Source: Polyangiaceae bacterium LLY-WYZ-15_(1-7) (GTDB taxonomy: Bacteria > Myxococcota_A > Polyangia > Polyangiales > Houyiibacteriaceae). Taken from it: a stretch of 64,000 bases of DNA. The stretch covers positions 790-64,789 of the forward strand of contig DAPKRU010000165.1 of NCBI GenBank assembly GCA_031800675.1, given 5' to 3'. Position 1 is the first letter of the stretch. Every line of letters starts with the position of its first letter. Positions 1 through 6,205 of the stretch are shown piece after piece. A program made the translations under genes and the position numbers. The notes beneath the pieces were generated by a model that saw only the letters and a list, made by a program, of their open reading frames with translations, had not been told where the DNA came from and did not search any database.

Positions 1-530
1 TCGCGGAGGGGCTCACGCAGGCGGTGCAGCGCTCGCAGCAGCGCATGCAGGAGGTCGCCGTGCGCAAGGGCATGCACGGGGACATGGGGAGCACGCTCAC
101 CATGGGCTACCTGAGCTGGCCCATGCTCTACCTGGTGCACGTCGGCGACAGCCGCGCGTACCTGCTCCGGAGCGGGGAGCTCTTCCGGCTCACGCGGGAC
201 CACAACCTCGCCGAGGAGATGGTCCGCATGAACGTGATGACCGAGGACGAGGCGCGCTCGTCCCGCTTCGCGAGCGTGCTGACGAACTCGATCGGGACGT
301 CGGAGAAGGAGATCCGGGTGGAGCTCCATCAGGTGGAGCTGCGCCGCGGGGACAAGGTGCTCCTCTGCACGGATGGGCTCTACGGCGAGGTGCCGGACAA
401 GGACATCAAGGGCCGGTTGATGCACGTGGTGGCGCCGGACCTGGTGGCGCCGTGCGTGCAGTCGCTCATCCAGGCGGCGCGGGACGGCGGCGGGCGCGAC
501 AACATCACGGCCGTGCTCGCGCTCTTCTGA
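1..530 (+). CDS. PP2C-family Ser/Thr protein phosphatase, C-terminal part (5' end lies outside the window)
   Basis: The frame is open from base 3. Motifs HVGDSRAYLL, LLCTDGL and GGRDNITAVL are typical of the PPM/PP2C catalytic domain. Stop at 528-530. Confidence 0.8.
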   Translation, partial: AEGLTQAVQRSQQRMQEVAVRKGMHGDMGSTLTMGYLSWPMLYLVHVGDSRAYLLRSGELFRLTRDHNLAEEMVRMNVMTEDEARSSRFASVLTNSIGTSEKEIRVELHQVELRRGDKVLLCTDGLYGEVPDKDIKGRLMHVVAPDLVAPCVQSLIQAARDGGGRDNITAVLALF

Positions 531-552
531 GGGGCGCTCTCTCGGAAGCCCC

Positions 553-639
553 GCTGTCCCCGCGCGCGGGGAGGCCCCTCGTAGCTGGTCGCCGTGGTCG
601 TCCGAAAGACGCTGCTGTCCCCGCGCGCGGGGAGGCCCC
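553..639. repeat. Two copies of a 26-bp element (gctgtccccgcgcgcggggaggcccc), each containing the 14-nt palindrome CCCCGCGCGCGGGG
   Basis: Identical copies read at 553-578 and 614-639, just downstream of the phosphatase stop codon. Confidence 0.8.
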
Positions 640-717
640 GCCAGGGGCGCGCCGTCCTGCAGCGCCTGCGGAGCGCCCCGGCTCGCGTCAGGCGGTCCGC
701 TGGGGGACGGGCCGCTA

Positions 718-777
718 GGATGCCGTCCGTTCGGATGCCGTCCGTTTGGATGGCGCCCGTTTGGATGCCGTCCGGGT
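718..777. repeat. 15-bp tandem repeat x4 (ggatgccgtccgttY)
   Basis: Read directly at 718-732, 733-747, 748-762 (2 substitutions) and 763-777 (3' end diverged). It ends about 40 nt upstream of the acyl-CoA dehydrogenase ATG. Confidence 0.85.
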
Positions 778-817
778 CGCCGCTGAATGGTGATTCATTC
801 GGGTGTATGCTGTCGCG

Positions 818-1969
818 ATGAAGCAGCGGCGGTACCTCTTCGAGCAGGACGAGCATGCGCAGCTCCGGGCGGAGATGCGGAAGTTCGCGCGGAACGCGAT
901 CGCGCCCCACGCGCACGAGTGGGAGGAGGCCGGGATCTTCCCGCGGGCGCTCTACGCGGAGGCCGCCGAGGCGGGGATGCTGGGGCTCGGCTACCCCGAG
1001 GCGCTCGGCGGGAGCGGCGGGGACTTCTCGCACGTGCTGGTGGCGGCCGAGGAGATCGTGCTCGAGGGGAAGAGCGTCGGTACCTGTGTGGGGCTCGGGA
1101 GCCACGGCATCGCGCTCCCGCCGATCGTGAACTTCGGCAGCGACGCGCAGAAGGAGCGCTTCGTGCGGCCGGTGCTCGAGGGAAAGAAGATCGCCGCGCT
1201 CGGCATCACGGAGCCGGGCGGCGGGAGCGACGTGGCGGGCCTCCGCACCAAGGCGGTGCGGGACGGGGACCACTACGTGGTGAACGGGAGCAAGACCTTC
1301 ATCACGTCGGGGACGCGGGCGGACTTCGTGACGACGGCGGTGCGCACGGGCGGCGAAGGACACGGGGGCATCTCGCTGCTCGTGATCGAGGCGGACACGC
1401 CCGGCTTCTCGGTGGGGAAGAAGCTCGCGAAGACGGGCTGGTGGGCGAGCGATACGGCCGAGCTGGTCTTCGAGGACTGCCGCGTGCCGGTGGCGAACCT
1501 CATCGGCCAGGAGAACGCCGGCTTCGTCGCGATCATGATGAACTTCGTGAGCGAGCGACTGATGCTCGCGGCGCAGTGCGTGGCCATCGCGGAGCTCGCG
1601 TACCGGGAGACGGTGGCCTACGCGCGGGAGCGGCGGGCGTTCGGGAAGACGCTCACGGGCTTCCAGGTGACGCGGCACAAGCTCGCGGAGATGAGCACGC
1701 GGATCGCGGCGGCGCGGGCGCTGACCGGCGAGTGCGTCGCGCGCTCCCTGGCCGGCGAGAACGACGCGGGGCTCGCGGCGATGGCGAAGAACACGGCGAC
1801 GGATGCGTGCAGCTGGGTCTGCGACCAGGCGGTGCAGATCCACGGCGGCTACGGCTACATGCGCGAGTACGTCGTCGAGCGGCTCTACCGCGACGCGCGC
1901 CTCTACCCGATCGGCGGGGGCACGCGGGAGATCATGAACGAGATCATCGCGAAGACGGAGAGCTACTGA
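818..1969 (+). CDS. Acyl-CoA dehydrogenase
   Basis: The 383-aa product is ACAD-like over its full length (GITEPGGGSDVAGLRT, YVVNGSKTFITSG, IHGGYGYMREY, GGGTREIM). ATG at 818; an in-frame GTG at 803 is an alternative start. Confidence 0.92.
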   Translation: MKQRRYLFEQDEHAQLRAEMRKFARNAIAPHAHEWEEAGIFPRALYAEAAEAGMLGLGYPEALGGSGGDFSHVLVAAEEIVLEGKSVGTCVGLGSHGIALPPIVNFGSDAQKERFVRPVLEGKKIAALGITEPGGGSDVAGLRTKAVRDGDHYVVNGSKTFITSGTRADFVTTAVRTGGEGHGGISLLVIEADTPGFSVGKKLAKTGWWASDTAELVFEDCRVPVANLIGQENAGFVAIMMNFVSERLMLAAQCVAIAELAYRETVAYARERRAFGKTLTGFQVTRHKLAEMSTRIAAARALTGECVARSLAGENDAGLAAMAKNTATDACSWVCDQAVQIHGGYGYMREYVVERLYRDARLYPIGGGTREIMNEIIAKTESY

Positions 1970-2020
1970 CGCCGCCGGGCGGGGCTCGCTCAGAGCGCCG
2001 TCTGGCGGTCGCCGCGCCCG

Positions 2021-2212
2021 TCACATCGGGTCTTCGAACTCGTCGGGGGGCGGCGGCTCCTCCATCTCGTCTTCCCCGCCCGTCGTGTAGGTCTCGTCGG
2101 TGGGGGTCGTGCCGTCGTCGGTGCCCTCGGAGCCGCCGTCCCCGCCGCCGCAGGCGACGAAGAGGGGGAGGGCGAGGAGGGTGGCCAGGAGCGTGCGTCG
2201 AAGTCCGGTCAT
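2021..2212 (-). CDS. Small acidic lipoprotein (63 aa), function unknown
   Basis: MTGLRRTLLATLLALPLFVAC-GGGDGG has a signal peptide plus a lipobox-like Cys. The mature part is D/E/T/G/P-rich with no further Cys. Third codon positions are almost all G/C. It lies 89 nt downstream of the DUF2063 gene on the same strand. Confidence 0.6.
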   Translation of the reverse strand: MTGLRRTLLATLLALPLFVACGGGDGGSEGTDDGTTPTDETYTTGGEDEMEEPPPPDEFEDPM

Positions 2213-2301
2213 GTCGTGGGTCTCGATGCGCCAGCGTGGGCGTGGCGGGTAGGTAGGGCGAGACAGCGGCAGCGGCGAGGGGTTCCGCGCCGCGGCCGCG
2301 T

Positions 2302-3060
2302 TCAGGCGCGGCTCCCCAGGAGGATACCGCGGCCGAGGAAGTCCTCCAGCAAGCTGGAGAGGCCGTCGATGAAGCGGGCGTCGATGGCGGTGCCGCGGGC
2401 CTGGGCCACGGCCTGGACGGCCTCGGTCATGGTGCGGTCGCCGGGGATCCACGCGCGGAGGAGATCGCGCGCGAGCTCGTTCAGCTCCATGGTCACGGCC
2501 TGGAAGCTCTCCGGGTCGCGGTAGATGCAGAGGTGGAGCGGCGTGGGCTCGTAGCGCTTCGCCTTCTTGCGCGGCACGGTCCAGCCGACCTCCAGGAGGG
2601 TCAGGGCGGGGCTCACGACGGGCGGGCGCTCGAAGCCGAACTCGGGGGCGAGCGGCGGGAGGTCGGCGTCGTCCGCGGACTTCACGGTCCACTCGGCGAG
2701 CTCGTAGCGGGCCAGGTCCGGGAGCCAGCCCTCCTCGCGCGCCTCGAGGCGCGGGGCGAGGTGCGCCGCGAACTGGGCGGGGACCTCGCGGAAGAAGCGC
2801 GTCGAGGGGGGGGCCTCGGCCAGCCAGGAGACGAAGGCCGCCTCGAAGGCCTCGGGGCCGAGGGCCTTCTTCGTGCGGGGGAGGGCGGCGCCGCAGACGC
2901 GGCGGAGCCGGGTGCGGACCATGTTGCGGTAGATGCGCCAGATGCGCGCGTCGCCGAGGCGGGCGAGCTCTTCGTCGCCGGCCTGGGGCGCGAAGCAGAG
3001 GCGGGTCACCTCGGCCTCGTGCTCGACGAGGCTCAGGCCGCTGAGGGCCGGGGCGGTCAC
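2302..3060 (-). CDS. DUF2063-family protein, the partner subunit type found with MNIO/DUF692 enzymes
   Basis: 252 aa. The GTG start (3060-3058) overlaps the TGA stop (3059-3057) of the upstream DUF692 gene as GTGA. Length and sequence character fit DUF2063, and the pairing with DUF692 is the canonical arrangement. Confidence 0.78.
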   Translation of the reverse strand: MTAPALSGLSLVEHEAEVTRLCFAPQAGDEELARLGDARIWRIYRNMVRTRLRRVCGAALPRTKKALGPEAFEAAFVSWLAEAPPSTRFFREVPAQFAAHLAPRLEAREEGWLPDLARYELAEWTVKSADDADLPPLAPEFGFERPPVVSPALTLLEVGWTVPRKKAKRYEPTPLHLCIYRDPESFQAVTMELNELARDLLRAWIPGDRTMTEAVQAVAQARGTAIDARFIDGLSSLLEDFLGRGILLGSRA

Positions 3061-3938
3061 GCGGCCTCCTCGCCGACCGCGTCGCGGTAGATGGCGTTCA
3101 GACGGCGAACCTCGGCGAGGAGCTCGCCGAGGGAGGGGATGTTGTTGTCGCGCTCGAGGAGCACGGGGCGCGGGCCGGTGCGGCGGAGCGTGTAGTCGAG
3201 GAGCTCGTAGACGCCCTCGGGGATGGGCTCGCCGTGCGTGTCGATGCGCAGGCCGTCGTCGCGCACGAGGTGCCCGGCGACGTGCATCTGGACGACGCGC
3301 TCGGGGGGGACCAGGTCGATCCAGGCCTTTGGATCGAAGCCGAAGTTGCGGCTGTTCACGAAGACGTTGTTCACGTCGAGCATGAGCTTGGCGTCGGCGC
3401 GCTCGAGGACCTCGACGCAGAAGCGCGCCTCGTCGAGCGGGTCGGCGGACATGGGCGCGTAGTAGCTGACGTTCTCGAAGGCGAGCTCGCGATCGATGGC
3501 GTCGCGGACCTCCGTGAAGCGCTGCGTGACGGTGTCGAGCGCCTCGTCCGTGAAGGGGATGGGGAGGAGATCGTGGGCGAAGGCGCCGCCCGCGCCGCCG
3601 AAGCAGAGGTGGTCGCTGTGCCAGGGGGTGTCCACGTCGGCGAGGAAGCGCTTCAGCTGGGCGAGGTAGGTGGCGTCGAAGGGCTCGAGCTGGCCGAAGC
3701 AGGTGGTCAGGCCGTGCGTGAGGACCGGGTAGAGGTCCTGGGCGCGCGCGAGGTTCTGCCGGTAGCGGCCGCCGCGGGCGACGTAGTTCTCCGGGTGGAC
3801 CTCGACGAAGGCGACGTCGTCGGGTTTCGCTTCGAGGAAGGCCTGGGCCATGTCGACGCGGAGGCCGAGGCCGATGCCCTGGGGGATGGTGCTCATGGTG
3901 ATCCGGTCGGCGGGGGCGACCCGCTCGGTGGCCGCCAC
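3057..3938 (-). CDS. DUF692 / multinuclear non-heme iron oxidase (MNIO, MbnB/TglH/BufB-type) family protein
   Basis: TIM-barrel DUF692 hallmarks are present: GIGLGLR, FVEVHPENY, THGL, WHSDHLCF, FENVSYY, LDVNNVFVN and HVAGH (candidate metal-ligand His/Glu/Asp). GTG start at 3938; an ATG at 3896 is an alternative. Confidence 0.9.
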   Translation of the reverse strand: MAATERVAPADRITMSTIPQGIGLGLRVDMAQAFLEAKPDDVAFVEVHPENYVARGGRYRQNLARAQDLYPVLTHGLTTCFGQLEPFDATYLAQLKRFLADVDTPWHSDHLCFGGAGGAFAHDLLPIPFTDEALDTVTQRFTEVRDAIDRELAFENVSYYAPMSADPLDEARFCVEVLERADAKLMLDVNNVFVNSRNFGFDPKAWIDLVPPERVVQMHVAGHLVRDDGLRIDTHGEPIPEGVYELLDYTLRRTGPRPVLLERDNNIPSLGELLAEVRRLNAIYRDAVGEEAA

Positions 3939-4055
3939 CCTAGCAGCCGCGTCGCCTGGTCGTCGCGGGTCCCGGAGCCCTACGCGGCGGGCCAGGGTGC
4001 GTTTCGTCTCGCGGGCGTCGGTCAGGGGGCTGCCTCGTCGGGAGCCCCGAAACGC

Positions 4056-4091
4056 GAAACGCCGCGGCGCTCGAGAGCGCCACGGCGTTTC
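4056..4091 (-). terminator. Strong hairpin between the precursor gene and the MNIO gene (candidate attenuator or partial terminator)
   Basis: On the minus-strand RNA: GAAACGCCGUGGCGCUC-UC-GAGCGCCGCGGCGUUUC. The arms are 17 nt with one G-U pair, and GCGUUUCGGGG follows. It lies 22 nt after the precursor stop. Confidence 0.5.
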
Positions 4092-4112
4092 ACGTACGGA
4101 CGAGTCCGCGGC

Positions 4113-4379
4113 TCAGCCGCAGGAGCCCTCGCCGCAGGACGCCTCGCCGGCGCCCTCGGCCTCGCCGCCGCAGCTGGCCTCGCCGCCGCAGGACGCCTCG
4201 GTGCCCTCCTCGGTGGCCTCGCCGCCGCAGGACGCCTCACCGCCGCAGGACGCCTCGGTGGCCTCCTCGCCGCCGGTCGACGACTCCGCCGCCTCGGGCT
4301 CCTCGCTGCCGCCGCCGCAGCCGAAGCCGAGCGCCGCCGTCGCCATCGCCACGAGCGTGGTCTTGAAAGCCGAGTTCAT
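4113..4379 (-). CDS. Secreted (lipobox-like) Cys/Glu-rich repeat peptide, candidate RiPP precursor for the adjacent MNIO/DUF2063 pair
   Basis: 88 aa: MNSAFKTTLVAMATAALGFGC|GGGSEEPEAAESSTGGEEATEASCGGEASCGGEATEEGTEASCGGEASCGGEAEGAGEASCGEGSCG. GGAGG lies 6 nt upstream of the ATG at 4379. It sits directly upstream of and co-directional with the DUF692 gene. Confidence 0.8.
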   Translation of the reverse strand: MNSAFKTTLVAMATAALGFGCGGGSEEPEAAESSTGGEEATEASCGGEASCGGEATEEGTEASCGGEASCGGEAEGAGEASCGEGSCG

Positions 4380-4645
4380 TGCAACCTCCAGGTATTCGGC
4401 GGCGCCGGTGGCCCGCCATCGCATCGTTTCCACTCACCGCGCCCCCGGCATCGGACCCTCGATGGCCCGCGTCCAGTGACGCGCCGCCCCTCAGCGAGGG
4501 CACGGAGAATGAATTGTTGCGGGACGCTACCCCAAGGCCCTTCGCTTCAGCAAGCGCCAGCACGAAAGGCTTTTCCCGGAGCGCCGCCCCGTCCATCGCT
4601 CCCCCCGTATGCCGGCGGGAGGCGATAGTTTCGCCCGGAGCCTCC

Positions 4646-6205
4646 ATGGAGATCGAGAAATCGACGGACGGCCGCGCCGAGGGACCCCATACACGCTCCA
4701 TGGGGTCGCCCGTCGCGCCGCTGATCGTCTCCGCCCTGCTCGGCGTGCTCGCGCTCGGGGGAGCCGGCTGCGGGGCCGCGGCCCGGGGCTCGGCCGAGCG
4801 ATCGCCCGGCGAGCGGAACAGCGCGGGAGGCGGCGCAGACGGCGGCGGAAGCGGCGCCCCGAGCGGCCGGACGAGCGGCGTGCGCTACCTCGTGCGTGCG
4901 GACGCGGCGCTGACGCGCCTGCGGGTCGAGGCCTGCTTCGATGGAGCGCCGCCCGCTCGCATCGCGCCCGCGAGCCGCGACGCGCTCGGGGCGGCCCTCG
5001 AGGTGCGGGGGAGCGACGGCAGGGCCTTCCCGCTCGGCGCCGATGGGGCGCGGCTGGAGGGGCTCGCGCCCGGCGCCTGCGTGCACTACGCGCTCGACCT
5101 CGAGCGGGCGACCTGGGGCCGGGGCGCGGTGCGGAGCGGCGGCGATCTGCTGCTCGCCCAGACCCACTTCCTCTGGCGCCCGGAGCCGATGCCGCGCGGG
5201 CTGGACGTGCGGCTCCGCCTCGAGCTGCCGGAGGGCCTGCACGCCTCGGCGCCCTTCCTGCGCCCCGGCGTCGACGAGCACGTGCTCCGCCCCTCCATCC
5301 TGCGGGTCATCGGGAACGTCGCCTTCGTCCGGGAGCCGCCGCTCCGCTTCGAGGAGGGCGGCGCCGAGGTCGAGGTGGCGCAGCTGCGCGGGGCGCTCCG
5401 GGCCGACCGCGAAGACGTGAAGCGCTGGATCGCCGAGGCCGTGCGCTGCGTCTCGCTCGTGGACGGGCGCTTCCCGCGGGAGCGGCTCCACGTGGTGGTC
5501 GTGCCGGTCGGGCCGGGCGCGCGGCCGGTGGCCTTCGGCCTGGTCCGCCGAGGGGGCGGGCCCTCGGTGATGCTCCTCGCGCACGCGAACGCCGCGCCGG
5601 AGGCGCTGCTCCGGGACTGGACGGCGGTGCACGAGCTCAGCCACCTGGCGATGCCGCGCATGTACGAGGAGGACCGCTGGCTCTCGGAGGGCTTCGCCAC
5701 CTACTACCAGGAGATCCTGCGCGGGCGCGGGGGCCTGCTCTCGGAGGAGGAGGTCTGGGCGCGCTTCCTCGACGGCTTCGACCGGGGCCGGGCCGTGGGC
5801 ACCTCGCGCTCGCTCTGGCGCGAGTCGGCGACGGTCCACCAGACGGGGGCCTATCGGCGCATCTACTGGGCCGGGGCGGCCTACTTCCTCGCGGCGGACG
5901 TGCGGCTCCGGCAGCGCGGCCGGAGCCTGGACGAGCTGGTGGGCGCGGGCCGGGCGCTCTGGGGGCGCCGCGGGGGGGCCTGGGAGGGGCGCGAGGTGCT
6001 CCGGGCCATGGACGCGCGCCTCGAGGCGCCGACGCTGCTGCCGCTGGCCGAGCGCTGGGGCGACGCCCGCGGCTTCCCGGACGTCGAGGCGCTCCTCGAG
6101 GAGCTCGGTGTGCGACGGCGCGGCGACGGCGTCGTGCTGGACGACGCGGCGCCGCTCGCCGCCGTGCGCCGGGCCCTGCTCCGCGCCCCGCTCAGCGCCG
6201 AATGA
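4646..6205 (+). CDS. Gluzincin-type (M1/M61-like) zinc metallopeptidase, probable lipoprotein
   Basis: HELSH followed by WLSEGFATYY (an HExxH...E gluzincin signature). Signal LIVSALLGVLALGGAGC. ATG at 4646 has GGAG 5 nt upstream; ATG at 4700 is an alternative. It is divergent from the precursor gene. Confidence 0.72.
   Translation: MEIEKSTDGRAEGPHTRSMGSPVAPLIVSALLGVLALGGAGCGAAARGSAERSPGERNSAGGGADGGGSGAPSGRTSGVRYLVRADAALTRLRVEACFDGAPPARIAPASRDALGAALEVRGSDGRAFPLGADGARLEGLAPGACVHYALDLERATWGRGAVRSGGDLLLAQTHFLWRPEPMPRGLDVRLRLELPEGLHASAPFLRPGVDEHVLRPSILRVIGNVAFVREPPLRFEEGGAEVEVAQLRGALRADREDVKRWIAEAVRCVSLVDGRFPRERLHVVVVPVGPGARPVAFGLVRRGGGPSVMLLAHANAAPEALLRDWTAVHELSHLAMPRMYEEDRWLSEGFATYYQEILRGRGGLLSEEEVWARFLDGFDRGRAVGTSRSLWRESATVHQTGAYRRIYWAGAAYFLAADVRLRQRGRSLDELVGAGRALWGRRGGAWEGREVLRAMDARLEAPTLLPLAERWGDARGFPDVEALLEELGVRRRGDGVVLDDAAPLAAVRRALLRAPLSAE

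Noticed and set aside
4380-4645. A sigma54 or ECF-type promoter for the precursor gene in the divergent spacer.
   Set aside because: Only partial matches are present (CTGGAGGTTGCA with the wrong GG-GC spacing, and a GGAAAC without a convincing -10). I could not support a call.
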